A stretch of DNA of 64,000 nt from Eledone cirrhosa (taxonomy: Eukaryota): positions 187,550,001 to 187,614,000 of the forward strand of contig OZ024742.1 in NCBI GenBank assembly GCA_964016885.1, given 5' to 3'. This document shows, piece by piece, positions 30,005-42,826 of the stretch. The notes beneath the pieces were generated by a model. The model saw only the letters and a program-made list of their open reading frames with translations, was not told the origin of the DNA and searched no databases. The position numbers and the translations under genes are program-made. Position 1 is the first letter of the stretch, and each line of letters starts with the position of its first letter.

Positions 30005-30300
30005 TTAATTGTTTTAATTTTAGTATTAGTCCAGAAAATACCCAGTACATTACTAGTACTTTATTTTATCGATCCCGTAAGGATGAAAGGCAAATTTAAC
30101 CTCGGCGGGTTTTGAACTCAGAATGGCAAGGGCCGTAACGCAATGTGTTCTGAGTTCAAATCCCGCCGAGGTTAAATTTGCCTTTCATCTTTACGGGGTG
30201 GATAAAATAAAGTACCACTAATGTCAAACTCTACTATCCCAAGTATTGAGTTTTCTGCTGGATAATGGCATAACTAGGTTTATACATATATTCGTGACTA
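30005..30300. mobile_element. Head-to-head fold-back SINE fused to a decayed family A tail
   Basis: Arms ~30045-30123 / ~30148-30224; then actctactatcccaagtattgag. Confidence 0.7.
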
Positions 30301-31558
30301 ATTATTGATATGTATAGAAAATCATATTTTTATACACATCTATTTGTAACACTTTCTTTCTATCTTTTATATTTCCCTCCCTCTTTCTCATTATATATTT
30401 TATATATTTTTATACATTAACACACATTCATCTATCTATCTGTGTCTCTATATATCTCTGTATGTGATTAGATGTGTGTGTGTAATATATGCGCATGTAT
30501 TGAGTGGGATATCGAGATTAAAAGAGGAATTAAAAGGGTGTGGGGAGAAGCATGGGCGGAGATGATATAGCGACCTGATTCATATGTAGATAAGTAGAAG
30601 TGAACATGGAAAAAAAAATGAAGAAAAAATATCTCCTATTGCTGTCGTTTCTTACATCTGCAACTTATTAGATATTGAATGCCATTCTATAAATGTATAA
30701 GACATTATTGACTTTCATATTTCAGCCTTCAGCCTTCATCCATAACTTAACATTGAACACCAGCATTGACTGTGAAATACAGCGATGACGGTTAGATGTG
30801 ATATGGTCACATCTTCAAATACTAAAAGCTAGGCTGAATATATGTTTAGTATATATAAACATATAGACCTATACATTTACCTACATATCTAACATCTATA
30901 CATATCTATATATTTACCTACATATCTAACATCTAACATCTTCCATGAAATGCTTTTCCTAATATTTGTTATTGTTCTAACTATTACAATGGAGTTTACT
31001 CGCAGTAGTTACAGGAGTTCGAGTTTTGAGGAAGGAGAGTACAACAAAACGAACCGAATACATTCGCGGGACACAATTCTTGAGTAAAATTTCGAAAATA
31101 GATTTTCTTGGCATCCATATATTGTCTGTAAGTTAAAGCTTCTCCCAAGCCCATAGACTCATTAGAGTGAGTCCTTTACTGGTTTTCTTGTCGTTAAATG
31201 ACTGTTTGATACAGGATATGATGGCTGTCTAATACTGAGTGAACTGCCAGCTGTATCAGGCAACCCTTTTCATTCAGTTGAGCGGCGGTCGCAAAGTGAA
31301 ATGAAGTGTATTGATGAAGGATACAACAATACTCCCAATTTCCCAAATTAGAATCGATCTAACACATTCCTTTATGATTGTGAGCCCATTATCCTAACCA
31401 AAGACGAGAGCAGCGACAAATGACTACCTTGCTCAAGGGCACCATATGCCACTCGACTTGGGAATGGAAGATATAGCTGCATGATGGTGTGTTGAACTCC
31501 CTAACTATGATTATATGATCCTTCACACAATAATCATATAGACACACACACGCACACA

Positions 31559-31642
<84 letters not shown>

Positions 31643-32042
31643 TAAATTTAGCGAGAATCGCATTTCAGCGGGTAGAAATTAGCGAAGCGCAACTTCAGAA
31701 TTGTGTTGACAATGGATATGATGATACCAGAGCTGTAAACATATATATATATATGTAGAAGTTATATTTAATTTGTTGGGATACAAAAAGCAAATATTTT
31801 TATAACTGATATAAAGCACTCAACAATTTTTGTGGGGTTTGCTCTTTCTTTCTTTTTCTTTTTCTTTTTTCCCTATTCCAACGGCTTAATTTAAATGTAT
31901 AGGATTTAAACCTCTCCGACACTAATTTGCATAATATACCAACAATAAAATTAGTAACCCCACTATCCGGGAGCTTCCAACCGACATGGTCGCATTCTTT
32001 AAGGGTATGTCGATATTTGTTTATAAAACTGATCTATATTAT

Positions 32043-32105
32043 ATTTTATCTGATGAAAGCGCACCATAATTTACTTTGGTGTCCTTGAAATATGTATAAT
32101 GAAAT
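32043..32105 (+). ncRNA. Type I hammerhead motif near the end of a TA-flanked insert
   Basis: attttat-CTGATGA-aag.gcacca...tggtgt.ctt-GAAA-TATGTA-TA-atgaaat. Confidence 0.7.
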
Positions 32106-32140
32106 AAATATGGTTTTATAAATATAGTTTCCATTTGGTA

Positions 32141-32258
<118 letters not shown>

Positions 32259-32294
32259 TGTATATATGTATATATGTATATATATGTATATCTG

Positions 32295-32326
<32 letters not shown>

Positions 32327-32337
32327 CATATATATAC

Positions 32338-32368
<31 letters not shown>

Positions 32369-34849
32369 CATATATATATTTATATATACATATATTATAT
32401 ATATATATACACATATATATACATATATATTATTCGTTATCGATATTTTTTCTATATTGTATAACAGAAAGAAATAGAAATGTTTATAACCAAATCTGTT
32501 CAGTTTTAGAAACGTTCCGTTAGAGCAGACTCTGAGTACTCTTAATAGAGTAACAACAACAACAATAACAACGATAGCAATGGCAGTGGTACTAGTAGTA
32601 GTAGCAGTATTAATAATAATAAAAATAATAATAATAATAAAAAAAAAGTAATAATATCGAAATTAAGATTAATTGCATTAAATCTTTATAATAATTACAT
32701 TATTTGTGAGCAATGAGAATATTGATCTTCTATAGTGGAAATGTTTTTCGCAATTAAACTTCAGCAAGCAATTACATAACTCTATTGGTTTTATGATTTA
32801 ATTACTGCTATGCTAGAAACTCTATCGACTTAAACGGCAACTTATAAACATGGTAGCTGACGATTAAGAAATAGAGTATTTCTTTTACAATTCCAGTAAG
32901 GTAGACTATATTGTCACCCTCCATGTGGTTATTGTATATCTTGAAATGACCCCTTGAATATTTAGAAAAGAAAAATGGACACTTTTATATTTCAGTTTGT
33001 AAAGATTTTAGTTAAACATTCAATGGAAAAGATCCCCGTCGGTTTCGACGTTGTGTCTTCCAGTCATTCACTGAACGCTACAGAATATACTCTTCATGAA
33101 ATTAACATGGAGGTTGGTGAGAATTCTAGGGACATGTGTACCCTTGACGTAATTCGCACAGAGATTGTCGTGGCACAATGTATGACAAGACATGCCTTTC
33201 GAATTTCAGGTACAGTCTATCCAATGGGCGTCTAAACAGTTTGCTTTTCCTTTTTACTGTTTCACTCACAGGCCAAAGCTATGTTAAATGGCAATTGATC
33301 AAAGTGCCAGGAAGTGGAACCGAACACGAAATGTAATAGCTGAGAAGCGATTTTTTTAATTATTCGGTCATGCAGCATCCACAAAAGCCATGATATTGAG
33401 AAAGGGTATTTAACTATGGGTATTACCGTGCACCATGTCGAATACGGATGTTGCAAGTGGTCCCTCAGCGCTTCCACGAGTAGCACTAAACGCGTGACGG
33501 ATTAGACATAGTGGGGAGTTTGGACGAGTTGTAGAAAAATTAGATTAATATTCATAACAAATGCTGCGTGATAAATGACAGTCTATCACGCTCAAAAAAC
33601 GTACATACACATTCACACACGCACGCACGCGCACACATGCACACATACACTTCACGTGTTTTCAATACTCCTGAATTCAACCGGTTATTTACATTTATAT
33701 ATATATATATGTTTATCCTACCTCTTTTCTTTTCCTTTGCTATAATAATGTAATAATTACTATTTTGTGAAACTACTGACACCGCAATGCAATAATCGAT
33801 TAACAGACTAATAAAGGCTCCAGCATGGCCGGAACTTAATAAACAAGTACAATAAGATTGGTGTTGGATGTTTTAATAATAAACAGACTTTTATTCGGAT
33901 TATTTTTCTCCCCATGGGACATTGGGGAATGAGATCTGACCGAACGGTTGCATGGTTTGTCAAAAACCTGCTCCCATGCCGGGTATGTCTCCCACGTTTC
34001 TTCATTAATATGGGTAAGGTTTCCTGCCTCACCCTCATCCCTCCTCCTTTCCCAACACCCGCCGAAAATCTAACGTAGCGTTTAGAAGTCGAGTGTGGTG
34101 TGGGGGTTACATAACTCTTGGTGGCGGCCCATTTCAATTACTGTGAGCCGCAGCAGCTACCTGAGAATGGAACTCAAACCACGTTTCTCTATTTTCAAAG
34201 GAACATTACATAAATAATATGTCCAGTATTGAAATAACATTATAAAGTATTTAATAGATTCCTTTCGAAACTAGACACCTTTATGCCAATTATCTACAAG
34301 CGAAGTAGGCAGGTATTTAAAATATTATTAGATTTTCTCTGGTAGGATTTTATTTGCCGTCATTCGCATTTCTATAAAGTATTAGTTTCTTCCTAGTTTT
34401 AATTTAATCATGGGAACTCTGATGTGTTTCACTTATATCCAGAGGATATCTTTATATCCAAATTATATTGGCTGTAAGATTTCTACTATTGAAGCGTTAT
34501 ATATATATATACATCGTCTCCGATGTGCTCAAATAAAACCAATGGAATTCAAATAATTATTTACTATTTTAATGGATTTATCAATTTTCCCTGAATTAAA
34601 GTAAATCTTAAACCAAACTCATAAAGCAACAAGCATATCAGCTCACTGTAGGTTTCCTGGCAGTTCTGGCTGTGTGAAATATTAATGTGTACATGAGGGG
34701 AGGTGGATAGGGCAGTTGTGTATAGAGTAGAGTTAGCTATGGTGGTGGTGGATAGGACAGAGATAGTCGATATGACAAAGGTGGCTACAAAGTTTGTGAT
34801 TGGACTGAAGAGTCTACAGCAATGGTACATAACGCGGTGGTAGATAGGA

Positions 34850-34945
34850 CGGTGATGGATATGGCAGAGGTAGCTACGACTGTGGTAGATTTGGCGGAGG
34901 TAGCTACGGCTGTGGTGGATATGGCAGAGGTAGCTACGGCTGTGA
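34850..34945. repeat. 30-bp minisatellite, ~3 copies, in a longer decayed array
   Basis: gatatggcagaggtagctacggctgtggtg repeated. Confidence 0.85.
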
Positions 34946-37900
34946 TGAATGCGGCTGTGGTGGATAGGATGGTGGTAGCTATGGTTGTGGTGGATGCAAC
35001 AGCGGTCGATAGGCCGGTGTTAGCTACGATTATGGTGGATATGACAGTAATGTATAAGCAGGTGGAGGATATGGTGGTGGTGGTAGTGGTGGTGGTGATG
35101 GTACGACTATTGCATAAAGGAATTTTAAAATGTAGCGGTTTACATAGATCATATTAAGTTTGTGAAATCACGTTCTTGAGATTCTCAGAGGAGAAGCTTG
35201 ACTGATATCTATTCAATATAATATTTAGAAGCAAATCGTCCACATACAAATCATTCAACTAAATCCTATTTTGTGAACAGGAAGGCGTGTGTATTCGTGT
35301 ATAGGGAGCATATATTATAAATGATGGATTAGCGTTTACTTGCAAAGTGGTGGGAAAAGCAAATTCCACCTTTTCTCGGCATTTATAACACAAAGTGATA
35401 GAAATAAGTTGGGAAAGTAATGAATTCAAACCTTTCCAAAAAAAGAGATTTCCAGACGAAAGCAATATTGATCATGATTTATTTGGTCAGGTATGAATGG
35501 CTGTGTGGTTAAACAGTTTCATTGGCGACTAGGTGGTTTCAGGTTAGGTGCCATTATCTGGCACCTAGCACAAGTATTTTCTTATGAGTGACATTTTGTA
35601 GACGAGATGAGCTCCAGCCAGAAAAGACACTAGGTATGGTTTAAACTTTAATTAGTCCTTAAGTTAAGGGAAAGACTACATATTTCGCCACATATCATAC
35701 TTAAAATATATTTTTCTTATTTTATATGTTGTTTATCTCATATTGGCCATATAATGACGTATAATGTTGGACTATAGATGAGAAGATAGTTGGTATATGA
35801 TCTGTTATTAAACATATCTACTTCTACTATGCATCAAATAATAACAATGATATACTGAATATAATACTTAAGATTACAACTATTCCGGTATATTTTAACA
35901 TTTCCTGATATATATTACCTCGTTTTCTTCTTTTCCTGTAATACAAAGCCAGAATTTCAAACATATATACATTTCATATTCATCTCTAGTGTATATTCCT
36001 GGTGATAGTTCTGTTCCCTTATATCACCCCTCTCCTGTTCTTTGATAATACAGCGAGAAGTTAATGCCGAATTTCATAGCTATAGCTTTAGCGCAGCAAC
36101 GAACAGGCTAAATAGGAAATTGCTTCTTTCATCTTTAGCGAAACGCTTAAGGTTATCCGTAAACAAGACGCGGTTGAGCACAGAAACACCCTTTCCAAGT
36201 TTACACTGAATTCTACTGATATCTATACATGTAATTAAAGCAATAATCTGCTTCAACTCTGAAATGCGTGGAATGCATTTACATATTACTCTCCCATCTC
36301 AGTATATTTGATGAAATCGTTTCAACCAATTTCCAAGCTATACCAAATATATTAGGTGTCTTGATAAAGCAGGGATGTGGAATCATATCAAATTCTTTTT
36401 TTCTGAAAACTACGCAATTCGTTAACATTTTTGTTGGTTATCATGGATAATTTGTTCTAATGGCTTTGAGAATTGAGATGAGAGGACATTTTATTTCTCG
36501 ATTCCTTTATTTCCCTAATTTCTTCTGTCCAAGTAACAGAATTTTCTGGGATTTTTTTCCAAGACACGTTTTGTATTATGTTGTAGTTACAATCATGCTT
36601 GTCATTATTCCCTGTAATATATTCAATATGATCTGAATTGGTAATTCTATTATAGCGAAATCGCCTTAGAACTCCGACCCGCATCTCTATTTACTGTTTC
36701 CGGGGTAATGAGGGCTATCCGCAAAAAATAAGTCCCATGAAGTCGAATGTCTTGTCAAAGTCATAGAGGTGGAACCATCTGTTGTCCAGGGTCACTAAAG
36801 CAACTTTCGATTTACTGTAATCATAATGAAGATGACCATTCTTAAGTAAGACAAGCTCCGCAAACTTAGCTGACTCTTTCAGCGCATCTCATTCGCCATC
36901 CTTTGAGGAAACGCTTTCTCCATTCCCTATGTCTGAACAATGTAATATTTCCTAATATTGATTCTATATTCCAATCTCTATCAATAATGTGATCATCCGC
37001 TCTATTATCTTAGTATAAAAGAAAATCTGTTTAGTTATCTATCATTGGGGGAGAATTATTGTGAACAGTAATATTGTATGCAATAGGTAGTTCAGAAGTT
37101 TATATCCCAATCATGAGATCCCGAGTTCGATTTCACTGCAGAGCATCTTTGTCAAATCTCTTTGCCGAGGCCCAACTCAATCCAAGTTCTGCGAGTGAAA
37201 ATGGGTAGACCGAAATGGCATGGAAGCCTGACGGTGGGATATATCTGTAATTCAGATTTCCCCACAGATTTCCCCACATATTTCCCCACATCATGCCACG
37301 CTGATTCAGTTTTTGTAGGAATTACATTAAGGATGTATATGTCTGTGGAATACTCAACCCCTTACGCGTTAATTCAGGAGCTGGATATTGACTTGACAAG
37401 ATACATTAATACTCATCGTGGAAACCGACAAAGGATCAATCATTACACTAAGAATACCGGAGGTTTATCCAATGAAATGTATTTTTCACATGCTTCTACA
37501 TTTGTTAACATTATTAATATCTTATATGGGTTATACTCATTTTTCTTATAGCAACATATACAGCCTGTATTATATATGGATTGCACAGTTCTTCCTTCTA
37601 GTTTTTACTAAATAATCATTCAGCTTTGCCAGGATTCCGGGTAATTATTTTCCTCCGTGTTAACATTATTATTATTTTGGTTTTGCCTTAGAAAGCAATA
37701 CATTTTATCTCACAGATGTTATGTGCTTAGAATAATGATTTAGCTTTGTACCTTCTGCAAGTATTTACAGCTTGACTTATTTCTATACAGTAAAAAATAA
37801 AATAAAAAGTAATAATAATACAATAATAATAATAACATAAGAAAAAAATTACTATTTTTATGTCTCTTCCTTAGTTTATGCAGAATTTGTGGCAAACTCG

Positions 37901-38315
37901 CAATCCCACGATAACAACATTCAGTTCAACTAAAACCTTTCGGAGTTGTTTTATATCACCCTCCAGGTTTATATTCTACGATACTTCATTCTGGAACGTC
38001 TTACAATATAGGCGCAGGCATGGTTGTGTGAATAAGGAGTTCGCTTCTCAACCACGTGTATTGTCTTGTATTATGAGCTTGGGTGCGTCAATAAAATTTG
38101 GTTGATGGAAACTATGCAGAAGTCCGTCTTAAATACGTAATGTAAATATATATATAAATGAAAGCATATGTATGTTTCTGTATAATAAACATGCGGAATT
38201 CCTGCAAATACATGCCAGACATCTCTATCTAGATTTTATACATAGATATACGGGTTAAGATATAGGAAAAAAACATGTTATTGGACACTTAAACCAACTG
38301 CATTTTCAACTTTTC

Positions 38316-38465
<150 letters not shown>

Positions 38466-38534
38466 TTATGAAATACTGTTGGCTTCACGCTCACAATCAT
38501 TTCTATACTTTCATTTATATATATATATATATAT

Positions 38535-38911
38535 ATTGTTATACTTTGGGAGGGTCATGTTGCCAATAAGAAACATACGCACACAACACACACACAGAAA
38601 CACAATGGCGTAGGACAGAACAAAGGAGAGGCACAGAAACAAAGAAAGGAATCCCCAGTCACTGAAGAGGTCACAGAGTGTGTGACGAAAGAACTATGAC
38701 TATATATAAACAACTATATGGTTGTGGAACCAACCAACCAACCAGAAATTTATAAATTTATAAACTTATAAATTTATAAATATATAATAAATTGAAGTGA
38801 AAGCATCTGGTGCCTGTGTTTCTTATTGGCAACATGACCCTCCCAAAGTATAACAATATCGGTTTCAACACACGATTTCAGAGAAAGAATCTTGCTAAAC
38901 AAATTCAGAAA

Positions 38912-38913
<2 letters not shown>
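38535..38913 (+). mobile_element. Fold-back insert with ~42-bp inverted arms plus tail in (TA)n
   Basis: ttgttatactttgggagggtcatgttgccaataagaaa is inverted at ~38820-38858. A short related copy lies at 29905-29941. Confidence 0.65.
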
Positions 38914-38963
<50 letters not shown>

Positions 38964-39223
38964 AGATTTGAATGGATACAGTTTAGTTGAAAGGAATTTA
39001 TTGACACGTGTTTCTATAACAGTTACATAACCTAAAACAGCTATCTACAAACTTTTAGTTATGCAGACATTCAATATTTCAATGTTATTATTTACCGTCG
39101 AGCAAACTCTACGTGAGCTGATAATCTACTGTGTGTAATATTTATATTACAACACAACGGAAAATACTGTATATTTACCTCCTGTAAAGTCGAGCAACCC
39201 ACACAGCAAACGCAACCACAACA

Positions 39224-41545
39224 ATGGAAAAACACTACCTGGATATGTCACTCAAAAACATACCCACCCAAGGTAGAAAGGAATATTTATTGAGCATGAT
39301 TCAAAAAACTAATGAATTCATTCGACGTGTCAGGTGGAAAACGCTCCACTATGATAGAAGCCGTATGAACTCAACATTAGAAAGTGGTGTAAACAAAAAA
39401 TTCGGTTTTAGGACTTGTAAAAACCCACCCACCAACCCACTATTAGATGCATTTGAGCAGGACCTTATGAACTTAATCCTTAAAATTAAATTCAAAGGAC
39501 GCAACACCAACAGCAAATTACAGAAAGATATAAAAAAACTACTGGACGACCTTAAAAACACCAAAGGAATTGTAGTAAAAGCGGACAAAACATCAAACCT
39601 GTACACTATGGATTGCACTACATACAACAACTTCATTCGAAAAGAATTACATAAAAAATATAGAAAAACGAGTGAAGTAACCCTTAAGCACATCAATGAT
39701 GAGGCATGCGAAATAGTGAAAAATCTCGGAATCGAAAATAGGACAGGACCACTCTTACCGGCGGTACCCACTTTCAATCTTAAGGACCACAAGGTAAACT
39801 TTGATAATGACCCTAAAATTAGATTAATCTGCCCCTCTAAATCAGATATAGGTAAAATAAGCAAATATATCTTAGATAGAATCATCCCCCAAATTAAGGC
39901 TAAGGTTAACATTAAACTCTGGGGGAAGACCCAAGAAGCAATAAGATGGTTTAATAGCATTAGCAATAAGAATAAATCTAAGTTTATCCAGTTTGATATC
40001 GATGAATATTACTCATCGATATCACCTGAAACTTTGAATAGAGCCATTAAGTTTGCTAAGGATAACTCCGACCTTACAAACGATGAAATTAAGATTATAT
40101 TAGAAGCTAGGAAAACTATAGTCAAATTTGAGAACAGTTATTGGGTACGTAAAGATAGACCCTCTAACTTTGACATAACAATGGGCTCTAACGATTCGGC
40201 GGAAATAACTGATATTGTGGGGTTATTTATCGCCTTTAGACTCCAGGAAAAATTCAGCAATCTCCACGGCGGAATATACCGCGACGATGTTCTCCTCCTA
40301 GCTAAAAACCTTAATAACCAAAAACTAGAAAAACTACGCAAAGATATAAGAAAACTACTACTCGAAATAGGACTAACTATAACATATGAATACAACCTTA
40401 AAGTAGTTAACTTCCTGGATGTCACACTCAATTTAAACTCTGGTTTGATTAAACCGTTTCATAAATTGAATGAAAATCTCAAATACGTAAATGTTGGGTC
40501 TAACCACCCCATCTCTATAATTAAATCTATCCCTAAAAATATTTCCCTTAGAATCTCGGGTCTATCTTCTAACATACAAGTATTTAAGGAACACGCCGAG
40601 TACTACGATAACGCCCTTAGTAAAGCAGGCTACCTCAACAAAATAGAGTACATAGATGGGAACAATCAAAACACCCAAAATAAATCCCACATAGGTAGAT
40701 ATAATAACACAACACCAAACCACACTTACTACCATAGTATGCACACCAGTAAACCAACAAACAAAACTAATAGAAAGCGATGCAAAGAGTACTTATGGTA
40801 TAACCCCGAATACAATAGCTCCATTAGTACAAATTTACCAGTACTCTTCTTTAAAATAATTAAAAGACATTTTCCCACATCACACAAATACCACAAAATC
40901 CTAAACCCTACCACTATAAGACTGTCATACTCTACAGCGTTAAACCTTGAACAACACATAAAAAAGATCAATACTAGAAGGTTAAACGAAAGCACTAAGA
41001 ACTTAAGTACAAAGAACCCCAAAAAAACAGTAGACAATACACTACAGAACATAAATAAACCACACCTAAGTTCGTCCGCAATACTACTCCAGAGAAAACC
41101 CAACGTACACAACTGTAACTGCACCTATCCTGACAACTGCCCCCTCGGCAATAACTGCCTGGAAAAAAATATTATTTATAAGTGTACCATTAAATCCGGA
41201 GGCAACGAGTGGTATTACGTGGGATCAACGGCAACATCGTTTAAATCTCGATTGTATAGGCATTCTTACTCAATAAAACACCAGAGCCAAAGAAATGTAA
41301 CAACTTTAGCAGAGAAAGCTTGGACGCTCAGGGATAGCAATCAAAAGTTTACCCTAAAATGGGAAAAATTAGCTAAAACCCAAAGCTTTTCCAGGAGCCA
41401 AAATTTCTGCAAATTGTGTAATCTTGAGATTTATTACATAATCACACACAAGAAGAAACTGCTGAATAACAGAATTGAACGAACATTATTCTGCCGTCAC
41501 AGAACTAAAACCCTTTTTTCCCACTACAAGCCGAATATTACATAA
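39224..41545 (+). CDS. Penelope-like retroelement polyprotein: reverse transcriptase + C-terminal GIY-YIG endonuclease (probable Hydra clade)
   Basis: Intact 773-aa ORF. N-terminal KADKT (DKG variant); RT motifs FDIDEYYSSI, ITMGSNDSAEI, IYRDD, FLDVTL; CNCTYPDNCPLGNNC linker; IIY..YVGST, R, E and LLN residues of the GIY-YIG fold. Confidence 0.95.
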   Translation: MEKHYLDMSLKNIPTQGRKEYLLSMIQKTNEFIRRVRWKTLHYDRSRMNSTLESGVNKKFGFRTCKNPPTNPLLDAFEQDLMNLILKIKFKGRNTNSKLQKDIKKLLDDLKNTKGIVVKADKTSNLYTMDCTTYNNFIRKELHKKYRKTSEVTLKHINDEACEIVKNLGIENRTGPLLPAVPTFNLKDHKVNFDNDPKIRLICPSKSDIGKISKYILDRIIPQIKAKVNIKLWGKTQEAIRWFNSISNKNKSKFIQFDIDEYYSSISPETLNRAIKFAKDNSDLTNDEIKIILEARKTIVKFENSYWVRKDRPSNFDITMGSNDSAEITDIVGLFIAFRLQEKFSNLHGGIYRDDVLLLAKNLNNQKLEKLRKDIRKLLLEIGLTITYEYNLKVVNFLDVTLNLNSGLIKPFHKLNENLKYVNVGSNHPISIIKSIPKNISLRISGLSSNIQVFKEHAEYYDNALSKAGYLNKIEYIDGNNQNTQNKSHIGRYNNTTPNHTYYHSMHTSKPTNKTNRKRCKEYLWYNPEYNSSISTNLPVLFFKIIKRHFPTSHKYHKILNPTTIRLSYSTALNLEQHIKKINTRRLNESTKNLSTKNPKKTVDNTLQNINKPHLSSSAILLQRKPNVHNCNCTYPDNCPLGNNCLEKNIIYKCTIKSGGNEWYYVGSTATSFKSRLYRHSYSIKHQSQRNVTTLAEKAWTLRDSNQKFTLKWEKLAKTQSFSRSQNFCKLCNLEIYYIITHKKKLLNNRIERTLFCRHRTKTLFSHYKPNIT

Positions 41546-41816
41546 AAGAGGGACATCCCCCAACTATATAAACCTTAATCTAGTTAGAAAAATATAAAAA
41601 CAATCTCTTTTCAACATATATTAATAACCTTAAATTACCATACTAATAATGAAAAGATATGCTGATGAGAATAGGTACAAATATGCGATAATGAATGTGT
41701 CTAAAAACGTCCATAAGTATGTGTATATATATGTGAAAATGTATATAAATAAGTAAATATATATATATGTTTGATGTGTATAGTTAGATGTAAGTGTATT
41801 CATGTATTAAAGTGCT

Positions 41817-41871
<55 letters not shown>

Positions 41872-41878
41872 GTATGTG

Positions 41879-41909
<31 letters not shown>

Positions 41910-42499
41910 GTATATGTATATATGTATATATATGTGTGTATGTATGTATGTGTATATGGATGTGTATGTATGTGTATGTGTGTACACATGGACTAGAGTA
42001 TGTATGTATATATGTGTGTGTCTATACGTGTGTATATATAAAGATAAGTTGAGTATGAAAATGTATACACATGAGCGCGTATGTATGTACATGAATACAT
42101 GTGTGTATATATATGTGTATGCATGTGTATATATATGTAAGTATGAATATGTGAATTGTGAGTATATGTATTTTTGTAGAGGTGTGCAAATATATTTGTG
42201 TGTGAATGCGTGGGTGAAAGAATACGTACACTTGAAAGAAAAATTTAAGTCTGAATGTTAAGTGCAAACACAAAACCAACCACGCATATCTTTACTATCT
42301 CTAATCCTTCTATAGATTTAGAAAAATAACCAATAATATATTCTATAAAAATGTCAAAACAACAGATGGGAATCTAATTAATCACTGCCACCAAGAATTC
42401 TCACTGCTATCGAAAAACCACTCCTTCAACTATTCTTCTAACAACTTCACCCCTTCCTCCTAATATTCTCTATAAAAACTAAATAGGTCCTCAGTAATA

Positions 42500-42616
42500 T
42501 TATTCTGATGAAATGACAGTAAATAATAACATTGAAATATTGAATGTCTGCATAACTAAAAGTTTGTAGATAGCTGTTTTAGGTTATGTAACTGTTATAG
42601 AAACACGTGTCAATAA
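42500..42616 (+). ncRNA. Type I hammerhead ribozyme motif in the PLE 3' pLTR, enlarged branched stem II
   Basis: ttatt-CTGATGA-a-atgacagt...actgttat-a-GAAAC-ACGT-GTC-aataa. Predicted cleavage after 42611. Base of stem II is an A-A mismatch in this copy. Confidence 0.75.
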
Positions 42617-42763
42617 ATTCCTTTCAACTAAACTGTATCCATTCAAATCTTTCTATTTTTCTCCGGATTACTTTTGGAACTACAACTGGAACCGTCGAGC
42701 AAACTCTACGTGAGCTGATAATCTACTGTGTGTAATATTTATATTACAACACAACGGAAAATA

Positions 42764-42823
<60 letters not shown>

Positions 42824-42826
<3 letters not shown>

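Larger units (their letters stand above)
38961..42771 (+). mobile_element. Full-length, young PLE with 5' inverted + direct pseudo-LTR segments, inserted in (TA)n
   Basis: 38961-39095 is the reverse complement of 42519-42653. 39094-39174 is an identical direct repeat of 42691-42771. (TA)n on both flanks. Confidence 0.92.

Noticed and set aside
34822-35157. 111-aa ORF with DMAEVAT repeats
   Set aside because: Product of a 30-bp minisatellite; no splice or domain support.
36300-36960. Possible CR1-like RT remnant (minus strand YDFDKTFD)
   Set aside because: One short motif with no supportable flanking motifs.
39349-41124. Antisense ORFs overlapping the PLE
   Set aside because: Shadow frames of the real ORF with no recognisable motifs.
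39224-41545. Assignment to Naiad/Chlamys PLEs or telomerase
   Set aside because: The endonuclease is C-terminal here, whereas those PLE clades have it N-terminal; telomerase has no GIY-YIG.
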